From positions 36,585-89,377 of the forward strand of contig MFRE01000009.1 in the NCBI GenBank assembly GCA_001784475.1: a DNA stretch of 52,793 nucleotides, given 5' to 3'. The first letter of the stretch is position 1. The number at the start of each line of letters is the position of its first letter. Positions 15,840-25,568 of the stretch are shown here, in pieces. The notes beneath the pieces were generated by a model. The model was not told where the DNA came from and made no database searches. It worked only from the letters and a program-made list of their open reading frames with translations. The position numbers were made by a program, and so were the translations under genes. The DNA comes from Candidatus Magasanikbacteria bacterium RIFOXYD2_FULL_41_14. Lineage in GTDB: Bacteria; Patescibacteriota; Patescibacteriia; Magasanikbacterales; GWA2-37-8.

Positions 15840-16994
15840 ATGAGTGATAGTATTCGTCCAGGAAATGGAGAGATGGCGTCGGCTGAACAGTCAAAAATTG
15901 ATTTTGAAGTTGTGTCTAGTTTGTCTGAAAAATTGCGACATATCCACGATGATGTTTTTGAAGAATTAATCAATTTTCAAAAAACTGGAAATTTTGATAG
16001 TAACTGGGATGACGTGTCAAAAAATATAAACGCGGCAGTTGACACCGTGAGGGAAGTAAGTAAGTTGGTAGAAAGCGTTCCGCGTTTAAAGGCATTCGCA
16101 GGGCATGATTTAGATACGACTCAGCGTGGGATGTGGGGAGGGCTGGATGTAATTCAGAGCGAAATGAGTGGTCGCTCGCTTAAATCTGATGATCGAGGTT
16201 TGAAAATGTTTCTAGAAAAATGGCCACGTTATTATGTTGCCCAAAGTGATATTTTGTTGCGTAGTATCACACCGGGAGAGTTGAGAGATGTTCCAAAGGA
16301 AGATTTTGATCCGGAATTATTAGAAATGGTATTGCGATATTTTAAAAACGAAGAACTGCCGCATATTGTTAGATTTAGAGATAATGATAGAGAAGATGGT
16401 AGACCGTCAGAATTTACTAAAATTGAACAAAAAAAATTAAATATTGATTTTAAAGCTGAAGATTTACTTAAAGATTTAGATGGCAGAACTGCGAGGGGAT
16501 TAAATGGGCCAATTATCAATTTGGTTATTAATTCGTTGCGCAATGGTTTAAAAGACCAGCATGGTTTGGCTGAAGACGGAAGTGGGACGACGGAATTTGA
16601 GGCTATGGTTGAGGGTGATGAGTTGGTTTTGAGGGTGATGGATGATGGTAAGGGTATAGGACAGGAACATTTGGATCCTGGGGATATTGCGAAATTTATT
16701 TTAAGGGAAGGCGTGTCTTTACAGAGTAGTGGCGGGCAAGACAACAATCCTCCGAGCACCGGTTTGGGTTTGGCTGACGCGCACAACAGAATTAATGCTT
16801 TGGGTGGAGAATTAAGAATTTATTCCTACCGAGCCGGCCGTCAAGAATTCGCCGGGTATTCTTCATGTGATGGTATTTTGGATCATGCAACTGTCGGTAA
16901 TATGTTGTCAAAATTAAATGATAAGAGACGGCGCGCAGATGAGAAAAACGATGGTGTGCGCACGGTGTTTGAAATTCGTTTACCTTTACAATAA
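15840..16994 (+). CDS. Atypical soluble histidine-kinase-like (GHKL ATPase) protein
   Basis: A C-terminal CA domain has an N-box (LVINSLRNG), G1 (MDDGKGIG) and G2 (GLGLADA). A possible H-box is FAGHDLDTTQRGMWGGL. There is no TM segment, no recognisable sensor domain and no adjacent response regulator. Confidence 0.55.
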   Translation: MSDSIRPGNGEMASAEQSKIDFEVVSSLSEKLRHIHDDVFEELINFQKTGNFDSNWDDVSKNINAAVDTVREVSKLVESVPRLKAFAGHDLDTTQRGMWGGLDVIQSEMSGRSLKSDDRGLKMFLEKWPRYYVAQSDILLRSITPGELRDVPKEDFDPELLEMVLRYFKNEELPHIVRFRDNDREDGRPSEFTKIEQKKLNIDFKAEDLLKDLDGRTARGLNGPIINLVINSLRNGLKDQHGLAEDGSGTTEFEAMVEGDELVLRVMDDGKGIGQEHLDPGDIAKFILREGVSLQSSGGQDNNPPSTGLGLADAHNRINALGGELRIYSYRAGRQEFAGYSSCDGILDHATVGNMLSKLNDKRRRADEKNDGVRTVFEIRLPLQ

Positions 16995-17005
16995 TTATTA
17001 AATTT

Positions 17006-18208
17006 ATGTCCAAAGTAAATACTGATTCAAATAAAATTCAAGAGCTTTTAACGCGCGGGGTGGAAAATATTTACCCAACGCGCGAATTTTTGGAAAAAGA
17101 ATTAAAATCCGGACGACAATTATCTTTATATACTGGTTATGATCCGACTGCTCCAACACTACATATTGGCCATGCTATTACTATGCGGAAATTGCGTCAG
17201 TTTCAGGAGTTGGGTCATAAAGTAATTATGCTCATCGGTGATTTTACTGGTTTAATTGGTGACCCAACCGACAAAGGAGCGGCTCGTGTTCAACAAACGC
17301 GCGAACAAGTTTTAGAAAATTGTAAAGAATATCAAAAACAGGCTAGTGTTTTTTTAAATTTTAGCGGCGATAATCCGGTAGAATTAAAATACAATAGTGA
17401 GTGGTTGGGCAAACTAAATTTTGCTGATGTGCTGGAGCTGACTAGTAATTTTACCGTGCAAAGAATGTTGGAACGGGATATGTTTCAAAAACGCCAACAA
17501 GATGAAAAGCCGATTTATTTGCACGAATTTTTATATCCAATAATGCAAGCATTTGATAGTGTGGCGATGGATGTGGACGGTGAAGTGGGTGGCAATGACC
17601 AAACTTTTAATATGTTATGTGGGCGCGATTTAATGAAAAGTTTAAAACAGAGAGAAAAATTTGTTTTGACGATGAAACTGTTAACCGACCCCACTGGTAA
17701 AAAAATGGGTAAAAGTGAGGGTAATATGATTGCTTTGTCTGACACGCCTGAAGATATGTTTGGTAAAGTAATGCGTTGGACGGATGGCATGATTGTGAGC
17801 GGGTTTGATTTGTGCACAAATTTATCGTCCGATGGGGTAAGAGCAGTAGAAAAAGAACTTGCTAACGATGTTAACCCGCGTGATTTAAAATTAAAATTGG
17901 CTCTTGAGGTTACAAAGGCATTTTTAGGCGAAGACGCTGCTAAAAAAGGACAGGAATATTTTGTTTCTACTTTTAGCAAAAAAGAAACTCCGGATGAAAT
18001 GCCTGAGCTAAAGCCATCAGTATATGATGTAAGCATGGTTTTGATGGAGGCAAAAATTTGTAAGAGTAAGTCGGAAGCACGTCAAGTAATTGATCAAGGT
18101 GGTGTAAAAATTAACGAAAATAAGGTTGAGGCCAAAGATTATTCCGCGAAAGTAAAAGCCGGCGATATAATTCAAAAAGGCAGTCGATTTTTTGTGCGTG
18201 TTAAGTAA
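17006..18208 (+). CDS. tyrS: Tyrosyl-tRNA synthetase
   Basis: LHIGHA (HIGH), KKMGKS (KMSKS-like), and a C-terminal S4-like domain (SEARQVIDQGGVKIN). Confidence 0.95.
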   Translation: MSKVNTDSNKIQELLTRGVENIYPTREFLEKELKSGRQLSLYTGYDPTAPTLHIGHAITMRKLRQFQELGHKVIMLIGDFTGLIGDPTDKGAARVQQTREQVLENCKEYQKQASVFLNFSGDNPVELKYNSEWLGKLNFADVLELTSNFTVQRMLERDMFQKRQQDEKPIYLHEFLYPIMQAFDSVAMDVDGEVGGNDQTFNMLCGRDLMKSLKQREKFVLTMKLLTDPTGKKMGKSEGNMIALSDTPEDMFGKVMRWTDGMIVSGFDLCTNLSSDGVRAVEKELANDVNPRDLKLKLALEVTKAFLGEDAAKKGQEYFVSTFSKKETPDEMPELKPSVYDVSMVLMEAKICKSKSEARQVIDQGGVKINENKVEAKDYSAKVKAGDIIQKGSRFFVRVK

Positions 18209-18217
18209 TCATTTAAC

Positions 18218-18284
18218 TGTCATCCTGAACTTGTTTCAGGATCCCACGCTATCTAAGAGATGCTGAAATAAATTCAGCATGACA
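18218..18284. repeat. MITE-like 67-bp element with terminal inverted repeats and two internal hairpins
   Basis: The termini are tgtcatcctgaa (18218-18229) and ttcagcatgaca (18273-18284). The internal hairpins are cctgaa-cttgt-ttcagg (18224-18240) and gctgaa-ataaa-ttcagc (18262-18278). Confidence 0.7.
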
Positions 18285-18290
18285 ATATAT

Positions 18291-19964
18291 ATGGATATTA
18301 AATTCGAAATAATAAAAACTCTGCGATTGGTCGGCATTACCGGCGAAATTGAATTAACCGCTCCGCCTAAACCGGAAATGGGTGATTATGCCTTTGCTTG
18401 TTTTGGTTTGGCCAAAGAACGAAAAAATAGTCCGGTTGAAATGGCAAAAAAGTTGGCCGAAGATTTAAGACCGAAAACTAAAGATTGCTGTGAAAAAGTT
18501 GAGGCCTTTGGGCCGTATATTAATTTTTTTGTTAATCCAAAATATTTGGTTGAAACAGTATTAGGAAAAAAACAGCCACCCAAAGGCACACTGGCCATAA
18601 ACAAAAAAATAATCATAGAATTTGCGTGTCCGAATACCCACAAGGCCTTTCACATCGGCCATTTACGTAATATTATCACCGGTGAGTCAGTCGCGCGTAT
18701 TTTGAGTTATGTCGGCTGTAAAGTTATTCGTACGAATTACCAGGGAGATGTTGGCATGCAAATCGCGAAATGTTTATGGGCATTGACAGTAGCAGAGGTG
18801 GATGATGGCAAAGATAAAACTTTAGAGGAAAAAGTTAAAATTTTAGGCGCGGCTTATGCCAAAGGGGCTAAGGCCTTTGAAGAAAACGAAAATTTTAAAA
18901 AAGAAATAGTGGAAATTAACGATAAAATTTATTCGCAGGATAAATCAATTAAAAAAATATACACGGAAACTCGTCAGTGGAGTTTAGAGTATTTTGATAA
19001 AATTTACGCACGCGTGGGGGCGCATTTTGACCGATTTTATTTTGAGTCGGAAACATATGCCGATGGCATTAAATTAGTGAATGAATATTTTAAAAAAGGT
19101 GTGTTTGAAAAGGGCGAAGGTGGTGCCATAATTTTTCCTGGTGAAAAATATGATTTACATAGTCGCGTTTTTATCACAGCCAAAGGTTTCCCGACTTACG
19201 AAGCTAAAGATCAGGCCTTGGCGCGTTTGCAGTTTGAAGAGTATAAGCCGAATAAAATTTTACATGTAGTCGGTAAAGAGCAAACCGAATATTTTAAAGT
19301 GATTTTTAAGGCCTTGGAATTTACTTATCCTCCATCAAAAGGCAAAGAAGAACATTTGGATTATGGTTGGGTGAGTTTAAAGGACGGCAAAATGAGTTCG
19401 CGCACTGGTAATGTGATATTAGGGGAGTGGTTGTTGGATAGCGTTAAAGAAGAAGTTAAAAAAGTGATGAAAGAGGCGGAGAGTTTGGCGCCAGATACGG
19501 CTGAAAAAATTGCCGTCGCAGCCGTTAAATACGCGTTTTTAAAAACCGGAGTGAAAAATGATATCAGCTTTGATTTGAAAGAATCAGTTTCTCTAACAGG
19601 TGACAGCGGGCCATATTTATTGTATATTTTGGCGCGTATTAAAAGTATTTTGGCCAAAGCCGGCAAGTTATCCGAAAAAATAGATATGCCGGAAGAAATA
19701 GTGTCGGTTGAGAAAAAAATGTTGCTACAATTGGCTGAATCTGAGGATGCGACATTTTTGGCTGCTCAAAATTATGACCCGTCGCAAATTGCTAAGTATT
19801 TATTTAATCTGGCGCGTGCCTTTAATGATTTTTATGAAAATTGCCCGGTACTTGGTTCGGCAGAAAGAGTTAAAAATTTTCGTTTGCGTTTGATTTCTAA
19901 AGTGGGCGAGACGATGGACAGCGGGCTTAATTTACTTGGTATTAAATCAGTTGATAAAATGTAA
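18291..19964 (+). CDS. argS: Arginyl-tRNA synthetase
   Basis: FACPNTHKAFHIGHLRN (HIGH region) and a C-terminal DALR anticodon-binding region. The ATG at 18279 lies inside the MITE-like element, so 18291 is preferred. The start is uncertain. Confidence 0.93.
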   Translation: MDIKFEIIKTLRLVGITGEIELTAPPKPEMGDYAFACFGLAKERKNSPVEMAKKLAEDLRPKTKDCCEKVEAFGPYINFFVNPKYLVETVLGKKQPPKGTLAINKKIIIEFACPNTHKAFHIGHLRNIITGESVARILSYVGCKVIRTNYQGDVGMQIAKCLWALTVAEVDDGKDKTLEEKVKILGAAYAKGAKAFEENENFKKEIVEINDKIYSQDKSIKKIYTETRQWSLEYFDKIYARVGAHFDRFYFESETYADGIKLVNEYFKKGVFEKGEGGAIIFPGEKYDLHSRVFITAKGFPTYEAKDQALARLQFEEYKPNKILHVVGKEQTEYFKVIFKALEFTYPPSKGKEEHLDYGWVSLKDGKMSSRTGNVILGEWLLDSVKEEVKKVMKEAESLAPDTAEKIAVAAVKYAFLKTGVKNDISFDLKESVSLTGDSGPYLLYILARIKSILAKAGKLSEKIDMPEEIVSVEKKMLLQLAESEDATFLAAQNYDPSQIAKYLFNLARAFNDFYENCPVLGSAERVKNFRLRLISKVGETMDSGLNLLGIKSVDKM

Positions 19965-19974
19965 TATTATAACT

Positions 19975-20469
19975 ATGTTTTTTTTGCAAAAATGTTATCG
20001 CCAGGGCGAGGTGCCGGAATGGTTTGTGCGGACCGGTTTGGTAGTGGGGGTGTTGGGGTTAATTGATTCCGCTTATTTAGTCGTTAAGCACTTTGCCGCG
20101 AGTAAAGTGATTGGAGGATTTTGTCCTTTGCATGAAGTTGGTTTTATTGACTGCGATCGGGTTACTTCCAGTGTTTACTCCTATCTTTTGGGGGTGCCAC
20201 TGGCGGTTTGGGGTGCGTTGTTTTATTTTTTGGTGGTTTTATTTTTCGCCATTGCTTTGCGTAAAAAAGACCCACCCTGGTTGCTTAGTGTGATCGTGGT
20301 AGCCACCTTGGCCAGTTTTGCGTTTTCGCTGTGGCTCATGTATGCCCAGATATTTAAAATCGGCGCGGTTTGCACGCTTTGTTTGATTTCTTTTGGTTTG
20401 TCGTTGGTCTTGTTTATTTTAGACGCGATTTTGTTGATCGGCTGTTGGAAAAATAAGCCGTGGGGATAG
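19975..20469 (+). CDS. Vitamin K epoxide reductase (VKOR) family membrane protein
   Basis: About 4 TM segments, a loop Cys pair (GGFCPL...IDCD) and a CxxC (CTLC) in the last TM. The start at M14 is preferred. Confidence 0.75.
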   Translation: MFFLQKCYRQGEVPEWFVRTGLVVGVLGLIDSAYLVVKHFAASKVIGGFCPLHEVGFIDCDRVTSSVYSYLLGVPLAVWGALFYFLVVLFFAIALRKKDPPWLLSVIVVATLASFAFSLWLMYAQIFKIGAVCTLCLISFGLSLVLFILDAILLIGCWKNKPWG

Positions 20470-20627
20470 AGCATACTGTGGCTGAGGATACAAGCTTGTG
20501 CCAATAGCCAACTGACTTTAAATATGTTATAGTAAATGTGTTATTTTAAGGGATTATTTCGGATTTAACAAGTTAACTCCACACCAGTATATTTCATAGT
20601 AAGTAAAATCGCAGTTTGTTAAGAGAT

Positions 20628-21701
20628 ATGTATACAGTTTTAAATAAAAAAGAATTACAAAGATATCCAGAATTTGATAATCATTTTATGGTCGTCAAAT
20701 TATTTGAGCCCAAAGTTTGTCTGGATGGTTATATCAGCATTCATCGTCAGCGCCAGAGTTATCCGGCGCTTGGAGCCACCAGGCTGTGGAGTTATAGTTC
20801 AGAAGAGGATGCTCTACGTGATTCTTTGCGTTTGGCACGTTTGATGTCATATAAGTCTGTTTTGGCTGGATTACCTTATACCGGCGCAAAAGCAGCATTG
20901 ATTTTTAGTCCTAATTCTCAAATTAATCGTCGGGATTTTTTTAAGGCCTATGCTTCTGTAGTCAATGAACTTGGTGGGCAGTTTGTTACCGGCACTGACG
21001 TTGGGGTTAACAACACGGACTTAGCGGTTATGGCGGCTGAAAGTAAATTTATGATTGGCAATGGGGTTGACTCCGGTTTTTATACCGCTGTCGGTATATT
21101 AGATAGCATTTTAGAATCGCTAAGAGAGGTTTTTAATTCCGAAGATTTAAGCGCTCGCAGTTTTGCTATTCAGGGTTTGGGCAAAACTGGAGGTCATTTG
21201 CTTAAATTGTTGGTTAAAGGAGGAGCCAATAATATATTTGTTACCGACATCAATCCTCGTAAAACTTGGTATTATAAATTGCGCTATCCGTTTATTAAGT
21301 TAGTTAATCCGGTCGCTATTTACACCCGGGAAGCTGATGTATTTTGTCCTTGCGCCTTAAGCCATGCCGTGACTGCCGAGAGAATACCATTTTTTAAATT
21401 TAAAATTATTGCCGGTTCCGCTAACAATCAACTGGAGAGTGTCCAAGCCGGCCAAGATTTATTTGATAAAGGCATATTGTATGCGCCGGACTATGTGATT
21501 AATGCCGGTGGATTGGTGAGTGTGATTGATGAAATGGAAAATGGTAAGTCCGATCATGAGCGCACATTATCTAAAATTAAAAAGATCAGAGATAGTTTGA
21601 GTGCAATCTATTTTTCCAGTAAACAGGAAGGGCAATCAACTAATATCGTGGCCGACAATTTGGCGGAAGAAATATTAGAGCGCAATTGTGCCGTTAAATA
21701 A
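20628..21701 (+). CDS. Glu/Leu/Phe/Val dehydrogenase family protein (Leu-dehydrogenase-like)
   Basis: It aligns by eye with Bacillus LeuDH: ALGATRLWSYSSEEDALRDSLRLARLMSYKS, LPYTGAKAAL (the catalytic Lys is kept, but GGGK is changed to TGAK), IQGLGKTGGHL (GxGxxG) and IAGSANNQL...YAPDYVINAGG. The ATG at 20628 is preferred over the TTG at 20616. Confidence 0.85.
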   Translation: MYTVLNKKELQRYPEFDNHFMVVKLFEPKVCLDGYISIHRQRQSYPALGATRLWSYSSEEDALRDSLRLARLMSYKSVLAGLPYTGAKAALIFSPNSQINRRDFFKAYASVVNELGGQFVTGTDVGVNNTDLAVMAAESKFMIGNGVDSGFYTAVGILDSILESLREVFNSEDLSARSFAIQGLGKTGGHLLKLLVKGGANNIFVTDINPRKTWYYKLRYPFIKLVNPVAIYTREADVFCPCALSHAVTAERIPFFKFKIIAGSANNQLESVQAGQDLFDKGILYAPDYVINAGGLVSVIDEMENGKSDHERTLSKIKKIRDSLSAIYFSSKQEGQSTNIVADNLAEEILERNCAVK

Positions 21702-21733
21702 TTAAATGTTTCCTTAATTGAGGTTTTGGCCGT

Positions 21734-22900
21734 ATGAGAGCGCGCTGTATTTTAAAGGTGGTGGTAAACAAAAATGGAATATTAAATAGTAACTTGCGTA
21801 TGTTAAAAGACAATTTTGACCGTAAGTCTTGGCGTCCAGTGCGCCTAAAATATCGTTCTAAAAATTGGTTGACATTGACTCGCGGTGGTTCCAATGTTGT
21901 TTTGGTTGATCAATATAACATTTTTATAGAAGAATTATTTTTATTGCGCAATCCAAGATTTAAATTTGAAAAAATAGACATTGTCGCTTTGAACAGATTC
22001 AAACTTAGTTTTTTAAAAAATAATCCGGCTGAATTATCGGGCGGTTGGTTTTATTTTCCTTGGTTAAATCAACTAGTGCATTTTTTGCCTGAGATAGAAC
22101 ATTTAGAGCTTCGTACCGGTCGGAATAGAAATTTAATCACCAGCGATGAACAGAGTATCTACTATAAAGCCACTGTCGCTGTTTTGGGAATGAGTGTCGG
22201 CAGTCATGTGGCTTTAACTTTGGTTATGACCGGTGGAGCCAAAAAAATTATTTTAGCCGATCCGGACACAATTTCCGGTTCCAATTTAAATCGTATTCGA
22301 GTTGGTTTTCATCAAATTGGTTTGAGCAAGGTTAGGTCCGTTGCCAGGCAAATTTTTGAAATAAATCCCTATTCTCAAATTGATATTTATGACGACGGCG
22401 TAACCGATAAAAATTTGATAAAGATTTTTAATGGTAAGAATAAACCAGCTTTGGTTATTGAAGAAATGGATAACCCGTATTTTAAAATTAAGACAAGAGA
22501 GTTGGCACGCCGAAAGGGCGTTCCAGTAATCATGGCCGCTGATAATGGTGATGGGGTTAATGTTGACGTCGAGCGCTACGACTTAAATAAAAAACTTCCA
22601 ATTTTACACGGATTAATTCCTAATTTAGAATCAAAAATGTTTAAGTCAGTTGATCCCAAAGATCTGGTTGGAATAATGGCCAAAATGGCCGGATCGGATT
22701 ATGCCAGTAAAAGAATGTTGAAATCAGTTGCATTGGTGGGAAAGAAATTATATTCCTGGCCACAGCTCGGTACCGCCGCTACTTTGTGTGGTTCGGTTTT
22801 GGCAAATTTAGGTCGGAGAATAATTTTGGATGAAAAAATTAACAGTGGTCGTTTTATTGTGAACGAGTTAACCATGTTTAAAATGATTAAGCGGAGTTAG
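21734..22900 (+). CDS. ThiF/E1-like adenylyltransferase family protein (resembles the N-terminal half of Rv1355c/MoeY-type proteins)
   Basis: VAVLGMSVGSHVALTLVMTGGAKKIILADPDTISGSNLNR is a Rossmann/E1 nucleotide-binding motif. The upstream WFYFPWLNQLVHFL...RTGRNRNLIT segment is as in Rv1355c-family proteins (recalled from memory). Confidence 0.7.
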   Translation: MRARCILKVVVNKNGILNSNLRMLKDNFDRKSWRPVRLKYRSKNWLTLTRGGSNVVLVDQYNIFIEELFLLRNPRFKFEKIDIVALNRFKLSFLKNNPAELSGGWFYFPWLNQLVHFLPEIEHLELRTGRNRNLITSDEQSIYYKATVAVLGMSVGSHVALTLVMTGGAKKIILADPDTISGSNLNRIRVGFHQIGLSKVRSVARQIFEINPYSQIDIYDDGVTDKNLIKIFNGKNKPALVIEEMDNPYFKIKTRELARRKGVPVIMAADNGDGVNVDVERYDLNKKLPILHGLIPNLESKMFKSVDPKDLVGIMAKMAGSDYASKRMLKSVALVGKKLYSWPQLGTAATLCGSVLANLGRRIILDEKINSGRFIVNELTMFKMIKRS

Positions 22901-22928
22901 TTTTTATCGTGCGCTGTTTTAAATAATT

Positions 22929-23999
22929 ATGAATCCAGATTTTGAAAAAATAATCGAAGCTGGTTCTCGTGCTCCCTCTGGTGATAATTCTCAGCCTTGG
23001 CTTTTTGATATTGATGACAATAGTATAGTAATATATAATAATGTAAACAGAGATAGCTCTCTTTATAACTATAACCAAACGGCGTCGCTTATTGCTATTG
23101 GGGCTTGTATTGAGAATATGATTATAGCAGCGGGACACTTTGGTTATACGGCTGATTTGGTTTTGTTTCCCGATTTATCTGTCTCGACTAAGGTAGCCAT
23201 AATAAATTTGTCGGCTGGTTTAACGCCCGTCGGTGACCTTTATGGGCATATCATTGATAGGTGTAATAATCGTAAGGCCTATCAGGGCATTGATTTAGAT
23301 GAAGGAGAACGGACAGCATTATTGGGTATTACCAATAATTTTGATGGTGCTTCTTTATTTTTGGTCGAAGGCCGAGAGTCGGTCGCTAAACTTTCAGAGG
23401 CCGGCGGAAAGAATGAAAAATTGGTGTTAGAAAATTATTGGTTACACAAGTTTTTGTTTGATCAAATAGCATGGTCGGCGGAGAGCGCGGCTAGTAGTGG
23501 TGAAGGGGTTTATGTAAAAACATTAGAAATGCCACCGCCGGCGCAATTAATTTTTAAGCTTTGTAGTAACTGGAAAGTGATGAAATTTTTTAACAAATTT
23601 CATTTAGCTGATTTAATTTGTCAGCAGAATACGCAATTATACAAGAAAACTGGAGCCTACGGCGTGGTAGTGGCTCGCTCTGACTCACCTCGCGATATTG
23701 TTCAGGCTGGTCGCATGATAGAGAAGGTGTGGTTAAGTGCTACCAAGCTCGGTTTAAGTTTTAATGCCATGGCCGGTTTGGTGTTGTTAGCGGCTAGGAT
23801 TAGACAGGGTGGCACAGAGCATCTAACTTTAGCTGAGCAAGAAGTCGTACGTTCATCTTATAGTGAAATCATCAAAATATTTGGTATTCAGCACGGTTTT
23901 GCGTTATTTGTTTTTCGCTTGGGGCATTCTTTGCCCCCCTCAGCCCGTTCTTATCGAATGCCGATTAAGCGTATTTTGTGTTCAAGTTTGACGGAATAA
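22929..23999 (+). CDS. Tandem-domain nitroreductase (Acg/Rv1355c C-terminal-like FMN oxidoreductase)
   Basis: RAPSGDNSQPW is the nitroreductase signature. The 356-aa length fits a two-lobed nitroreductase fold. Confidence 0.7.
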   Translation: MNPDFEKIIEAGSRAPSGDNSQPWLFDIDDNSIVIYNNVNRDSSLYNYNQTASLIAIGACIENMIIAAGHFGYTADLVLFPDLSVSTKVAIINLSAGLTPVGDLYGHIIDRCNNRKAYQGIDLDEGERTALLGITNNFDGASLFLVEGRESVAKLSEAGGKNEKLVLENYWLHKFLFDQIAWSAESAASSGEGVYVKTLEMPPPAQLIFKLCSNWKVMKFFNKFHLADLICQQNTQLYKKTGAYGVVVARSDSPRDIVQAGRMIEKVWLSATKLGLSFNAMAGLVLLAARIRQGGTEHLTLAEQEVVRSSYSEIIKIFGIQHGFALFVFRLGHSLPPSARSYRMPIKRILCSSLTE

Positions 24000-24012
24000 A
24001 ATAATTATTTTT

Positions 24013-25548
24013 ATGAATCAAGCCGGCAAAATGTTAAAAATGTTGCGCGAGAAGAAAGAATCTTATTGGGTTAAGAGAGGAGAAAAGATGGCATTAGATT
24101 TGTTTCACGCAATGGCGTCGCGAGTTCCTGCCTATGGTGATTTTTTGAAGAAGAATAAAATTAACCCTCAAAAAATAAGTAGTATTAAAGATTTTAGCAA
24201 AGTTCCCATGATTGACAAGGACAATTATTTGCGCGCTTATAAATTGGAAAAGTTATGCTGGGACGGAAATTTTACTAAAAAACATTGGGACATATCCTCA
24301 ACCTCTGGTTCTACTGGCGCCCCATTTTATTTTCCCAGAGACAAAGAGCAGAACAGCCAATACGCTCTTGCTGCTGAGCTATATTTGGTAAGCAACTTCG
24401 AAATTCATCGCAAAACCACTTTGTATATTAATTGTTTTGCTTTGGGTGTGTGGATTGGTGGTTTGTTCACTTATGAGGCTATTAAGATTTTATCTGAGCG
24501 TGGTAGATATAATTTAACTCTAATTAATCCTGGCTTGAATAAGGTGGAAATAATAAAAGCAGTAAAGAATCTAGGATTTTATTTTGACCAGGTTATAATT
24601 GCTGGATACCCCCCTTTTATAAAAGATACTGTTGACGACGCTATTATTGGGGGTATAAATTGGCGTAATTATAATGTTAAATTTATATTTTCAGCTGAAG
24701 GTTTTAGTGAATCTTTTAGAGATTATATTGCCAGCCATGTTGGTTTGAAGAATATTTTATTGGATTCTCTTAATCATTATGGAACAGTAGATCAAGGTAC
24801 GTTGGCTTACGAGACCCCACTTGCAATACTTGTTAGAAGGGAGACGGTGCAAAATGAAAAATTATTTAAATCGGTTTTTAGAGAGGGCATTGCCAAGTTG
24901 CCCACTTTGGCACAGTATAATCCGGGCGTATTCTTTTTTGAGGAAATTGGTGGTGGTTTAATTTGTTCATCTCGTTCCGGCATTCCTTTAGTACGTTATG
25001 ATTTGAAAGATAGTGGAGGATTGGTCGGTTTTGATGAGATGAAGAAGAAATTTTCTGACCATGATGTCAATTTAAAAAGAAGATGTGCTGATAGCGGTAT
25101 AGTTAACAAGATTTGGAACCTACCTTTTGTGTATGTATATGAGCGTAAAGATTTAAGTATAAGTTTTTGTGGTGCGAATATTTATCCGGAGACAATCAAA
25201 CGTGTTTTGTTTGAGGATAATTTTAATAGTTATTTCACTGGGAAGTTTGTACTTGAAGTGAAATATGATAAAAATCAAAATCCTTTTTTGTGCGTAAATA
25301 TTGAAAATAAGAACGGTGTTTCTAAAGTCAGCGATATTTTGAAGAAAAAATTGACAAAATCTATCACTGCGCGTTTGTTGAGAGAAAATTCTGAATATCA
25401 TTCAGTATATTATGATCAGCGTAAAGAAAAAGCGATTCCCCGACTGCGTTTTTGGTCTTATGGGACGTCGCCATACTTTGTCTTATCCGGTAAACAAAAA
25501 TGGGTTGTAAAAAATAGTGGCGGCAGCGAAACACTAAGTAAAATATAA
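24013..25548 (+). CDS. Adenylate-forming enzyme, phenylacetate-CoA ligase / F390-synthetase (PaaK/CapK)-like
   Basis: SSTSGSTGAPFYFPR is an AMP-binding P-loop-like motif, and VRYDLKDSG is the RYxxGD motif. The size is typical of the family. Confidence 0.7.
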   Translation: MNQAGKMLKMLREKKESYWVKRGEKMALDLFHAMASRVPAYGDFLKKNKINPQKISSIKDFSKVPMIDKDNYLRAYKLEKLCWDGNFTKKHWDISSTSGSTGAPFYFPRDKEQNSQYALAAELYLVSNFEIHRKTTLYINCFALGVWIGGLFTYEAIKILSERGRYNLTLINPGLNKVEIIKAVKNLGFYFDQVIIAGYPPFIKDTVDDAIIGGINWRNYNVKFIFSAEGFSESFRDYIASHVGLKNILLDSLNHYGTVDQGTLAYETPLAILVRRETVQNEKLFKSVFREGIAKLPTLAQYNPGVFFFEEIGGGLICSSRSGIPLVRYDLKDSGGLVGFDEMKKKFSDHDVNLKRRCADSGIVNKIWNLPFVYVYERKDLSISFCGANIYPETIKRVLFEDNFNSYFTGKFVLEVKYDKNQNPFLCVNIENKNGVSKVSDILKKKLTKSITARLLRENSEYHSVYYDQRKEKAIPRLRFWSYGTSPYFVLSGKQKWVVKNSGGSETLSKI

Positions 25549-25568
25549 ATTATAATTGGTTTTTAAAT

